Assembly: GCA_963826115.1 (NCBI GenBank)
Contig: CAWGVS010000012.1
Span: forward strand, 48,202 to 112,201
DNA length: 64,000 bases
Source: an uncultured Candidatus Rokubacteria bacterium
GTDB lineage: Bacteria; Methylomirabilota; Methylomirabilia; Rokubacteriales; DASRDR01
Direction of reading: 5' to 3'
Both the position numbers and the translations under genes were made by a program. How positions within the stretch are numbered: position 1 is the first letter of the stretch; the number at the start of each line of letters is the position of its first letter. The notes under the pieces are model-generated. The model was not told the origin of the DNA and made no database searches. It saw nothing but the letters and a program-made list of their open reading frames with translations. Shown here piece after piece: positions 48,001-55,906 of this stretch.

Positions 48001-49176
48001 GAGGCGCGGGCCCACGTGGACCGCCTGCCCGCTGGCGAGCAGGACCGGCGGCGACTCGAGCTCGCGCTCCGCCAGGCCTACTCCCTGATCCCGCTCGGCC
48101 TCTTCCAGGACGTCGTGGATCTCCTCCTCCGTCACCAGGTGGCGCTGGAGAACCTCGACGACCCTCGGCTCGCCGGGTCCTATCACTTCCTGCTCGGGCG
48201 GAGCTACCTGTTCCTCGGCGACCAGCGACAGGCCTCGGACCACCTCGAGCTCGGGCTCGGGGAAGCGATGCGCGGCGACGACGAGACGACACGGGGACGG
48301 ATCCACTACGTGCTCGCCCAGCACGCCGCGATGGCCGGCCATCCGCGCGACGGTCTCGGGCATGCGCGCCAGGCCATCCAGTTCCTCGAGCGGACCGTCG
48401 AGCCGTGGTGGATCGGCCCCGCCCACTGGGCGCTCGGGCTGAACCACACGGTTCTCGGGGAATTCGACGCCGCCCTCGCGGCCCAGGCGCGGGCGACGGC
48501 CCACGGCCACGCCGTGGGCGATCCGCAGATCATCGCCTCCGCGCACTGGGCGAGTGGGCTCGTCCACGTGTGCCGGGGCGACTGGGAGACGGCGATCCGG
48601 AGCTGCGAGGAGGCGCTCGCGCTCTCGCCCGACCCCTTGAACACGGCGATGGCCCTCGGGTGGCTCGGCGTGGCGTGGCTCGAGCGGGGGGAGCTCGGCC
48701 AGGCCGTCCCGCGGCTCGAGGAGGCCCTCCGTCTCCACGAGCAGTTCGGGTTCCGGCAAGCGCAAGCCTGGTTCTCGACGTTTCTCGCCGAGGCGCACCA
48801 GCGCGCGCAGCGGCTCGAGACCGCCCTCGAGCTCGCGAGCCAGGGACTCGACCTCGCCAGGGCCACCCGGATGCCGCAGGGCACCGGCTGGGCCGAGCGC
48901 ACGCTCGGCCACATCGCTCAGGCCCGGGGGGCCCTCGGAGACGCGGAGGACCATCTCCGCGAGGCGCTCCGCGTCTTCGAGCTCGTGGAGGCGCGCTTCG
49001 AGATCGCCCGCACCCGCCTCGACCTCGCCGCGCTCGCGCGCGCGCGTGGCCAGTCGGTCGCGTGCGCGGAACACCTGGCCGAGGCGCACCGGGAGTTCCG
49101 GGCCCTCGCCGTCCCGCGATGGGTCGAGCGGGCGGAAGCATGCGCGCGCGACTGGGGCCTCGCCCTCTCGCGGTAG
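45001..49176 (+). CDS. Giant multidomain regulator: sigma-54 activator AAA+ core, Fis-type HTH, degenerate class III cyclase-homology domain, STAND/AAA_16 NTPase, TPR array
   Basis: GETGVGKG Walker A, GAFTDA loop, IFLDEVG Walker B, NVTRAAARLGISRDTLRYRMAKHG HTH, FGGAIEEMSPTGIVATFGLEPIEDAPQRA (cyclase-like, metal Asp residues lost), and LVGEAGIGKSRLLHEF, followed by about 600 aa of TPR-like repeats. Confidence 0.9.
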   Translation: MATPRLAELLGDSPGMRALRETATRLLQRQSERDRSPSGGGPPPAGRLPPVLIQGETGVGKGLLARALHRAGPRAAGPFVDVNCAAIPETLLEAELFGYERGAFTDARHPKAGLFQTANHGTIFLDEVGLLPEALQAKLLKALEDRAVRRLGSTRTEPIDVWILTASNEDLAAAMRARRFREDLYHRLAVMVLGIPPLRERGEDIVRLATHFLGRACAEYRLPSRTLTPEARAALLAYPWPGNVREVANVMERVALLSDAPVVTAELLGLPGAPSPPGAAVPGEAPDAGDAGSAALADALGSVERVHLMEALRQTGDNVTRAAARLGISRDTLRYRMAKHGMSREAPARPAAARSRSARVEPPAAAGGRAVPAGAAARDTGAGPTTEGGGPLAVRWEGRRLAFLRSALVLPVDADPGWSPSRGLETLVEKIQTFGGAIEEMSPTGIVATFGLEPIEDAPQRAALAATAVHKAAERAGGGDGAAVGVRSGIAFRRVLVGTSRSGIQIDLDGKREAWAVLDALLGAAEPGAILVEEAAATLLSRHFDLVPVGSARAGGPVHRLATERRGPSAGRRPPTFVGRGRELGLLWSRLEDALRGHGQVVGLVGEAGIGKSRLLHEFRERVLAEPERRVTYLEGRCHSYARAVPYVPVMDVLRANFRVAESDNPETTAEKIRAGLGEVGIETAAAVPYLFRLFGLPEGADAPAELPSAVKARTFEVLRQLILLGARRRPILFVVEDLHWIDSTSEECFTALMDSAAKASAMCIVTYRPGYRAPWMDRSYVTQVALPPLSREESLSVVRSIRRADAVPDRMAEVILEKAEGNPFFLEELSRAVEGAIDLPAGPAVPDTIQEVLLARIDRLADEPRRLLQTAAVVGPEVPLPLLRAVWEGELDVHLRELMRLEFLYAKTGGSDPLCAFTHSLTRDVAYESLPRGRRRALHGTIARALEAMHADRLADVYDRLAHHYGRTDEAARAVHYLTLLADKAVAANAHTEAVRILEEARAHVDRLPAGEQDRRRLELALRQAYSLIPLGLFQDVVDLLLRHQVALENLDDPRLAGSYHFLLGRSYLFLGDQRQASDHLELGLGEAMRGDDETTRGRIHYVLAQHAAMAGHPRDGLGHARQAIQFLERTVEPWWIGPAHWALGLNHTVLGEFDAALAAQARATAHGHAVGDPQIIASAHWASGLVHVCRGDWETAIRSCEEALALSPDPLNTAMALGWLGVAWLERGELGQAVPRLEEALRLHEQFGFRQAQAWFSTFLAEAHQRAQRLETALELASQGLDLARATRMPQGTGWAERTLGHIAQARGALGDAEDHLREALRVFELVEARFEIARTRLDLAALARARGQSVACAEHLAEAHREFRALAVPRWVERAEACARDWGLALSR

Positions 49177-49186
49177 ACTGGCGGGC

Positions 49187-49720
49187 GTGTCGCTCGACAT
49201 CGAGCCCCTGACCCCGGCGGGCGTGCAGGCCCACCGCCACGTTCTGGCCGCCCTCCTCCGCGACGCGGTGGACAGCGGCGCGTCCGTCGGTTTCCTCCCG
49301 CCGCTCTCCGACGCCGAGGCGGTCGCGTACTGGGACACCGTCGCGGCCGCCGTCGACGAGGGCTCGCGGCTGGCCCTGGTCGCCCACGATCAGGCCCTGG
49401 GGCTCGTGGGCTCCGCCCAGCTCGACCTCGCGATGCGCGCGAACGCCCGGCATCGGGCCGAGGTGTCGAAGGTGATGGTCCACCAGCGGGCCCGCCGCCG
49501 CGGGGTCGGCCGCGCCCTCATGCTCGCGCTCGAGGATCACGCCCGCCGGCTCGGGCGCACGACGCTCATCCTCGACACGCGCCAGGGGGATCCGTCGGAG
49601 ACGCTGTACCGGTCGCTCGGCTGGACGTTCGCCGGCGCGATCCCCGCGTACGCCCGCAGCGCCTCCGGCGCCCTCGACGCGACGGCCTACTACTACAAGC
49701 TCCTCGACCGGGCCCCCTGA
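49187..49720 (+). CDS. GNAT family N-acetyltransferase
   Basis: GTG 49187, 10 nt after the regulator stop. RRRGVGRALM acetyl-CoA motif. 177 aa. Confidence 0.85.
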   Translation: MSLDIEPLTPAGVQAHRHVLAALLRDAVDSGASVGFLPPLSDAEAVAYWDTVAAAVDEGSRLALVAHDQALGLVGSAQLDLAMRANARHRAEVSKVMVHQRARRRGVGRALMLALEDHARRLGRTTLILDTRQGDPSETLYRSLGWTFAGAIPAYARSASGALDATAYYYKLLDRAP

Positions 49721-49736
49721 CCGGGCCCGCCGGCCC

Positions 49737-51116
49737 TCAGGCCAGAGGCTCGCTGGCTGGCTCGACGGAGCCCGGCGTCTCCGCGCCCCGCCCGAGGGCG
49801 GCGTAGGCGGCGAGGCGCGCGTCCCGCCGCTGCGCGACGAAGCGCAGGAGGCGCGCCTCCGTCTCGCGCCGCGTGTACGTCCGCTCGAACAGCCAGCGGA
49901 GCCCCGCCTCGAGCTCCTCGACCGTCATGCGCTTCGGGCGGTAGGTCACGTCGAAGAGCGTGCACCGGTCCCAGTACCGCTCCTGGAGGAGGCGGCCCTC
50001 GCGGCGGAGCCGCGCGTGGAGCGGCGTGCCCGGGAACGGCGTCAGGACCGTGTACTGCACCTCCGCCAGCCCGGAGCTCCGGACGAACTCCAGCACGTCG
50101 CCGAAGACGTCGGGCGTGTGGGCGTCGAGGCCCAGGATGAAGCAGCCGTTGACGCTCACCCCGCGCGACTGGAGCGTGTCGATGGCCCGCCGGAGGCGCG
50201 GCGCCTGGCGCCGCTTCCACTCGGCGGGGTCCAGGCCCGTCAGGTCGTCGGCCCGCGGGCTCTCGAAGCCGATGAGGAGCTGGCGACAACCGGAGGCGGC
50301 GAGCCGGGCGCAGAGCCGGGGGTCGTCGGCCACGGAAACATCGGTCTCCGTGAAGTAGCGGATCCCCTCCGGCGTCACCGCGCGAAGGAACTCGTCGGTC
50401 CAGCGCCGGTCGAGGAAGCTGTTGTCGTCCGCCAGCTCGAAGAACGGCTCCGCGACGTGGGGACGCGCCGCCCGGATCTCGGCGATCACGCGGTCCACCG
50501 GCTTCTGGTTGAAGCGCGACGTGATCCGGAGGCTCGCCGCGCAGAACTCGCAGGCGCGCGGGCAGCCCCGTGAGGTCTGGACCGTGACCCGGTTGTACGG
50601 GCGCCCCGCGAGGAGGTCGAAGCGGGGCGCGGCGTAGAGGTCGGGCTCGAAGACCCGCTCGCGCGCCCCCTGGTAGACGCGCGCGAGCCGGCCCTGCTCG
50701 GCGTCCGCCACGAGCCGCGGCCACGCGCCCTCGGCGCCGCCCACCACCACGGCGTCGGCGTGCTGGAGCGCCTCGTCGGGCAGGAGTGACACGTGAAGGC
50801 CCCCCAGCACGACGGGGGTGCCGCGCGCCCGGAAGCGGCCCGCCAGCTCGTACGCCGCGTCGATCCGGGCTGTGAAGCTCGAGATCCCGACGAGGTCGAA
50901 CTCCGGCACGGGCTCGATGCTCCGGAGGTCGTCCACCTCGAGGTAGTGGACGTCATGCCCCGGGGGCGTGAGCCCGGCCACGGTGAGGAGCCCGAGGCTC
51001 GGCAGCTGCGCGATGACGCGACCCCGCCGGACGAAGCCCGGCAGCGTGACCCCGAGCGCCGCAAGCTCGGCCGTGCGGACGCGGACGCCGCTCATCGCGA
51101 TCAGCCCGATCCTCAC
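49737..51116 (-). CDS. B12-binding domain-containing radical SAM enzyme
   Basis: GTG 51116 forms a GTGA overlap with the upstream stop. N-terminal B12-binding fold (DLVGISSFTARIDAAYELA...GTPVVLGG) and TSRGCPRACEFCA (CxxxCxxC). Confidence 0.9.
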   Translation of the reverse strand: MRIGLIAMSGVRVRTAELAALGVTLPGFVRRGRVIAQLPSLGLLTVAGLTPPGHDVHYLEVDDLRSIEPVPEFDLVGISSFTARIDAAYELAGRFRARGTPVVLGGLHVSLLPDEALQHADAVVVGGAEGAWPRLVADAEQGRLARVYQGARERVFEPDLYAAPRFDLLAGRPYNRVTVQTSRGCPRACEFCAASLRITSRFNQKPVDRVIAEIRAARPHVAEPFFELADDNSFLDRRWTDEFLRAVTPEGIRYFTETDVSVADDPRLCARLAASGCRQLLIGFESPRADDLTGLDPAEWKRRQAPRLRRAIDTLQSRGVSVNGCFILGLDAHTPDVFGDVLEFVRSSGLAEVQYTVLTPFPGTPLHARLRREGRLLQERYWDRCTLFDVTYRPKRMTVEELEAGLRWLFERTYTRRETEARLLRFVAQRRDARLAAYAALGRGAETPGSVEPASEPLA

Positions 51117-51592
51117 GGGACGGCTCCGTCGCTCGCGCCCAGGGCGCGTCCGGGCAGCCCGGCCGCCAGGAGGCCGACCGCGCCGATCAGCGCCAGCACG
51201 GGAGCCGGCAGGAGATAGCATCCGGGTCCCCAGAACGCCCCCAGGACGAGGACGCACGGGAGCGCCACCGTGCCGAAGAGGAGGCAGCGACACCCCGCGC
51301 GCCGCGTGGCGCGGCTCCATCGCGTCCTCGCCATCCACGGGATGTAGAGGAGGTTCAGCACCGGCAGCGCGATCGCGGCGATGTGCCCGAGCCGCACGAG
51401 CCGCCGCGGGAGGTCGTCGAACGCGCGGAACCCCGGCGGCGGGGCCACGGGCCCGCCGAAGGACCAGAGCCCGAGCACGGCGCCGCCAGCCATGCTGATC
51501 CCGATCATCCACCACGCGACCCGGACGTTGACGTGCCCCGGGGGCCGCCCCGTCCGATTCGCGCCGCTCACCAGCCCAGCCTCTCTGTCCAT
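51113..51592 (-). CDS. Hypothetical integral membrane protein (159 aa, about 4 TM segments)
   Basis: Hydrophobic segments WWMIGISMAGGAVLGLW, IAAIALPVLNLLYI, CLLFGTVALPCVLVLGAF and PVLALIGAVGLLAAG. Translationally coupled to the radical SAM gene. Confidence 0.6.
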   Translation of the reverse strand: MDREAGLVSGANRTGRPPGHVNVRVAWWMIGISMAGGAVLGLWSFGGPVAPPPGFRAFDDLPRRLVRLGHIAAIALPVLNLLYIPWMARTRWSRATRRAGCRCLLFGTVALPCVLVLGAFWGPGCYLLPAPVLALIGAVGLLAAGLPGRALGASDGAVP

Positions 51593-51619
51593 GGTGTCCT
51601 GCTTGCACTCTCAGGGAGG

Positions 51620-51634
51620 GCAATGGGGATGCCA
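51620..51634 (-). promoter_or_regulatory. Sigma-54 (-24/-12) promoter TGGCAT-CCCCA-TTGC for the membrane-protein/radical-SAM operon
   Basis: The reverse complement of 51620-51634 is TGGCATCCCCATTGC (GG-N10-GC), about 28 nt upstream of ATG 51592. With one flanking base it matches the promoter at 44861 in 14 of 16 positions. A divergent EBP paralog lies adjacent. Confidence 0.7.
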
Positions 51635-51668
51635 CCAGGCGCAATCAACGAAAAAACAGGAGGTTGCG

Positions 51669-54600
51669 ATGGCCATCGGGCTACCGATCCAGGCCGGTGT
51701 GGTGGGGGAACCCCCAATCTGGGTGGGGGAGCGGCGCATGGGAACGGGTCACTCCAGCCGCCCCAACGGGCGTAAGATACCGCCACCCATGGGCCCGCTC
51801 GCCGCGCTCCTCGGCGACTCGCCCGCCATCAAGGCGCTTCGGGAGAAGGTCGCCCGGCTCCTTCAGCACCCGTCCGACCGCGGGCGACTGCCGCCGGTCC
51901 TCATACAGGGCGAGACCGGCACCGGCAAGGGTCTGCTCGCCGACGTCCTCCATCGCGAGGGGCCTCGGGCGGACCAGCCATTCGTCCCCGTCAACTGCGC
52001 CGCCATCCCCTTGAACCTGCTCGAGGCGGAGCTGTTCGGCTTCGAGCGAGGCGCGTTCACGGACGCGCGACAGCCGAAGCCCGGGCTGTTCCAGGCGGCC
52101 AACCGGGGCACGCTCTTCCTCGACGAGATCGGAGAGCTGCCGCTCGAGCTCCAGGCGAAGCTCCTCAAGGTCCTGGAGGACCGCACCGTGCGCCGGCTGG
52201 GCGCCACGCGCTCGGAGCCGGTCGACGTCTGGATCGTCACGGCGAGCAACGAGGACCTGGAGGCCGCGGTGCGCGAGCGCAAGTTCCGCGAGGACCTCTA
52301 CCACCGCCTCGCCGTCTTTCCCCTGCGCATGCCGCCGCTCCGCGAGCGCGGCCACGACGTCATCCTCCTCGGCGAGCACTTCCTCCGGCAGGCCTGCGCC
52401 GAGTACGCGCTGCCGGTGAAGTCGCTCGCGCCCGACGCGCGCGCCGCGCTCCTCGCGCATCCGTGGAAGGGCAACGTCCGCGAGTTGACGAACACGATGG
52501 AGCGCGTCGCGGTCCTGGTCGACGCCCCGGTCGTGACGGCGGTCATGCTGGACCTGTCGGTTCCGCCGGACCGCGTCGAGGCCTCGGGCAAGGCGCCGTC
52601 GGACTCCGCCCCCTCGAGCCGGGCGCTCGGCGAAACGCTGGACGCCGTCGAGCGGCACCGGCTCCTCGAAGCGCTCGACGAGACCTTCTGGAACGTGACG
52701 CGCGCCGCCCGCCGGCTCGGGATCTCGCGCGATACCCTGCGCTACCGGATCGAGAAGCACGGGCTCCGGTCGGGCGGGCGGCGGTCCGCAGCCGAACCGC
52801 CGCCCACCGCCGAGCTGACACCGGCGCCGCCGCCTCGCCCGCCGGTCACCCCGGAGGCGCCGGCCGCCGCGATCCGCTGGGAGCAGCGGCGCGTGACGCT
52901 CCTCCGGGCCGTGATCGATGGCCCACCGCTCGCGGACGACCGGCTGTATCCGACCCGGCTGATCGAAGCGCTCCAGGAGAAGGCGCTGACCTTCGGGGGC
53001 CGCGTGGAGGACCTCGGTCCCACCGGGATCGTGGCCAGCTTCGGGCTCGAGCCCGTCGAGGACGCGACCCGCCGGGCCGCGCACGCGGCGGTGGCGATCC
53101 GCAAGGCCGTCGAGCGCGAGAGGCGCGCCGAACCCCCGATCACGGTGCGCATGGGCATCCACGTGACCCAGCTCCTCGTCGGGCACGCCGGGCGCGACAT
53201 TCGGCTCGAGCTGGACGGCAAGCGTCGGGCCTGGGACGCGCTCGAGCGGCTCGTCCTGCGGGCCGATCCGGACCGGACGGTCGTGTCCGAGGCCGCGGGC
53301 CCGTTCCTGGACCGGCGGTTCGCGCTCGTGCTCCTCCCGGCGCCCGGGCCCGGCGACACCCCGGTCTATCGTCTCGACGGCGTCGAGCGGGGCGGCCTCG
53401 GGTCGGGCCGGCGGCTCACGGTCCTGGCGGGGCGCGGCCGCGAGCTGGAGTTCCTGCGGGACCGGCTCGCCTCCGCGGCCGAGGGGCGCGGCCAGGTGGT
53501 GGGCATCGTGGGCGAGGCCGGCATCGGCAAGTCGCGCCTCCTGCACGAGCTCCGGAAGAGCCTCCGGGGCGAGCGCGTCGCCTGGTTCGAGGGCCACTGC
53601 CCCTCGTACGGGAGCGCCGTGCCCTACCTGCCCGTCATCGCGATCCTCCGGCGGAGCTTCCACATCGCCGAGAGCGACAGCCCGGCCTCGACGGCGCGCA
53701 AGGTCCGGTCGAGGCTCGAGGAGCTCGGCATGGACCCGGAGGAGTACGCCGTCTACCTCCACCATCTCCTCGGCGTGAAGCACGAGACGGAGCGCCTCAG
53801 CATGCTCACGCCCGAGGCCATCCGGGCCCGGACCGTCGACGCCCTTCGCCAGATGGGCCTCCGCGGCAGCCGACAGCGGCCGACCGTGTACGTCTGCGAA
53901 GACCTCCAGTGGATCGACCGCACGTCCGAGGAGTGCCTGCACGCCCTCCTCGAGACCACCACGGGCGCCTCCGTCCTGTCGCTCTTCACGTACCGCCCCG
54001 GCTACCACCCGCCCTGGATGAACAAGTCCTACGCGACCCAGCTCGCGCTTCAGCCGCTCTCGCGGGGCGACAGCGAGCAGATCGTCGAGTCCCTGCTGCT
54101 GGCCCGCGGCGGCCACGACGCCCTCGCGCCCGCGATCCTCAGCAAGGCCGAGGGCAACCCGTTCTTCCTCGAGGAGCTCTGCCGGACCGTGGCCGAGCAG
54201 CCCGACGCGGCCGGCGGGCTCGCGGTGCCGGACACGGTCCAGGAGGCGTTGCGGGCGCGGATCGACCGCCTGCCGGAGGACGTGAAGGACGCCCTCCGCC
54301 TGGCCTCGGTCATCGGTCGCGAGGTCCCGTTGCGGCTCCTCCAGGCCGTGTGGCGGGGCCCGGGCGACATCGAGCGGCACCTCCGCGAGCTGACGCGGCT
54401 CGAGTTCCTGTTCGAGCAGACCCGGTTCGGCGAGTCCGTCTACGTCTTCAAGCACGCGCTCACGCAGGAGGTCGTGTACGACAGCCTGCCGGTCACGCAC
54501 CGGCATGCCCTCCACGCGGCGGCGGCGCGCGCCCTCGAGCGGCTCTACGAGGGCCGCCTCGAGGAGGCGGACGACCGGCTCGCGTATCACTACGCCCGCA

Positions 54601-55862
54601 CCGACCAGTCGGACCGCGCCGTGGAATGCCTCTCGCGCGTCGCGCAGAAGGCGGCCCGCGGCCACGCGCACGCCGAGGCGCTCGCGGCGCTCGACGAGGC
54701 GCTCGCGCACGTGGAGCGCCTCCCCGCGGAGGCGCGCGATCACCGGCGCCTCCGGCTGGTCCTCCGCAAGGCATCCTCGCTGATCCACCTCGGCCGGTTC
54801 CGGGAGGTCCTGGGCGTCCTGCTCCACTGGAAGGCGAGTCTCGACCGGGTGGACGACGCCTCGCTCTCCGCGTACTACCACTTCCTCCTCGCGCGCACCC
54901 ACCTGTTCGTCGGCGACCAGGAGCGCGCCATCCAGAGCGCCGAGCGCGCGATCGCCGACGCCACGCGGTGCGGGGACACGGCGACGCTCGGGAAGGCGCA
55001 CTACGTGCTCGCGCAGGAGGCGCCGCTCTCCGGGCGCGCCGCCGCGGGCATCCGCCACGCGCAGGAGGCGCTGGCGTGCCTCGAGCGGGTGGGACGCGCC
55101 TGGTGGGTCGGTCAGGCCCACTGGATCGTCGGCCTGAACCACGCGCTCCTCGGCGAGCTCGACGCGGCGCTCGAGTCCGAGACGCGGGCGCGGCTGATCG
55201 GGGAGACGGTCGGCTACCGTCAGCTCCAGGCCTCCGCCCTGATGGCGACGGGCATCGTCCAGGCGGTCCTCGGCGACACCACGGCCGGTATCGAGGCGTG
55301 CGAGCGCGGGGTCTCGCTCGCCCCTGACCCCTTGACCAGCGCGGTCGCCCTGGGCTGGCTCGGCTTCGCCTTCATGGAGCACGGCGACGCCAAGCGGGCC
55401 ATCCCGGTCCTCGAGCGCTCGGCCGAGCAGCATCGCGTGTTCCGCTTCCCGCAGTTCCAGAGCTGGTTCACCGCCTTCCTGGCGGAGGCGTACCGGCTCG
55501 ACGGCCAGCTCGACCGCGCCCACACCGCGGCGCGGGAGGCGCTCGAGATCGCCCGGACGTCCGGCTCTCGGTACGGGGTCGGGCAGGCCCTCCGCGCCCT
55601 CGGGCGTATCCAGGTGGCGGCCGGCGCGCCGGCCGACGCCATGGCCACGCTCCAGGACGCGGTGACGACCTTCGAGGAGATCCGGGCGCGCTACGACACG
55701 GCGCGCGGCTGGCTCGACCTCGGCGCGGCCGCCGTCGCGGCCGGCGACCGGGCCGCGGCGGCCGAGCACTGGGAGCGCGCGCGCCGCCGCCTCGTCGAGC
55801 TCCACGTCCCTCGCTGGGTGGAGCGCGCGGAGACCCTCGTCCGGAGTCTCGGGGGCGCCTGA
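51669..55862 (+). CDS. Giant multidomain regulator, paralog of 45001..49176 (sigma-54 AAA+ core, Fis HTH, degenerate cyclase-like domain, STAND NTPase, TPR)
   Basis: GETGTGKG, GAFTDA, LFLDEIG, NVTRAARRLGISRDTLRYRIEKHG, FGGRVEDLGPTGIVASFGLEPVEDATRRA and IVGEAGIGKSRLLHEL. ATG 51669 follows AGGAGG-N5. Alignment to the paralog instead favours ATG 51789 (MGPLAALLGDSP). Confidence 0.9.
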   Translation: MAIGLPIQAGVVGEPPIWVGERRMGTGHSSRPNGRKIPPPMGPLAALLGDSPAIKALREKVARLLQHPSDRGRLPPVLIQGETGTGKGLLADVLHREGPRADQPFVPVNCAAIPLNLLEAELFGFERGAFTDARQPKPGLFQAANRGTLFLDEIGELPLELQAKLLKVLEDRTVRRLGATRSEPVDVWIVTASNEDLEAAVRERKFREDLYHRLAVFPLRMPPLRERGHDVILLGEHFLRQACAEYALPVKSLAPDARAALLAHPWKGNVRELTNTMERVAVLVDAPVVTAVMLDLSVPPDRVEASGKAPSDSAPSSRALGETLDAVERHRLLEALDETFWNVTRAARRLGISRDTLRYRIEKHGLRSGGRRSAAEPPPTAELTPAPPPRPPVTPEAPAAAIRWEQRRVTLLRAVIDGPPLADDRLYPTRLIEALQEKALTFGGRVEDLGPTGIVASFGLEPVEDATRRAAHAAVAIRKAVERERRAEPPITVRMGIHVTQLLVGHAGRDIRLELDGKRRAWDALERLVLRADPDRTVVSEAAGPFLDRRFALVLLPAPGPGDTPVYRLDGVERGGLGSGRRLTVLAGRGRELEFLRDRLASAAEGRGQVVGIVGEAGIGKSRLLHELRKSLRGERVAWFEGHCPSYGSAVPYLPVIAILRRSFHIAESDSPASTARKVRSRLEELGMDPEEYAVYLHHLLGVKHETERLSMLTPEAIRARTVDALRQMGLRGSRQRPTVYVCEDLQWIDRTSEECLHALLETTTGASVLSLFTYRPGYHPPWMNKSYATQLALQPLSRGDSEQIVESLLLARGGHDALAPAILSKAEGNPFFLEELCRTVAEQPDAAGGLAVPDTVQEALRARIDRLPEDVKDALRLASVIGREVPLRLLQAVWRGPGDIERHLRELTRLEFLFEQTRFGESVYVFKHALTQEVVYDSLPVTHRHALHAAAARALERLYEGRLEEADDRLAYHYARTDQSDRAVECLSRVAQKAARGHAHAEALAALDEALAHVERLPAEARDHRRLRLVLRKASSLIHLGRFREVLGVLLHWKASLDRVDDASLSAYYHFLLARTHLFVGDQERAIQSAERAIADATRCGDTATLGKAHYVLAQEAPLSGRAAAGIRHAQEALACLERVGRAWWVGQAHWIVGLNHALLGELDAALESETRARLIGETVGYRQLQASALMATGIVQAVLGDTTAGIEACERGVSLAPDPLTSAVALGWLGFAFMEHGDAKRAIPVLERSAEQHRVFRFPQFQSWFTAFLAEAYRLDGQLDRAHTAAREALEIARTSGSRYGVGQALRALGRIQVAAGAPADAMATLQDAVTTFEEIRARYDTARGWLDLGAAAVAAGDRAAAAEHWERARRRLVELHVPRWVERAETLVRSLGGA

Positions 55863-55906
55863 CCGCGCGCCGTTCCGCCGGCGCCGCTTCCTCCCCCGCG
55901 TAGAAT

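Noticed and set aside
51681-55805. 1374-aa ORF on the minus strand (and similarly 45187..47220 on the minus strand)
   Set aside because: These are antisense shadows of the two giant regulator genes. The sense frames carry clear Walker, HTH and TPR motifs and the antisense frames carry none.
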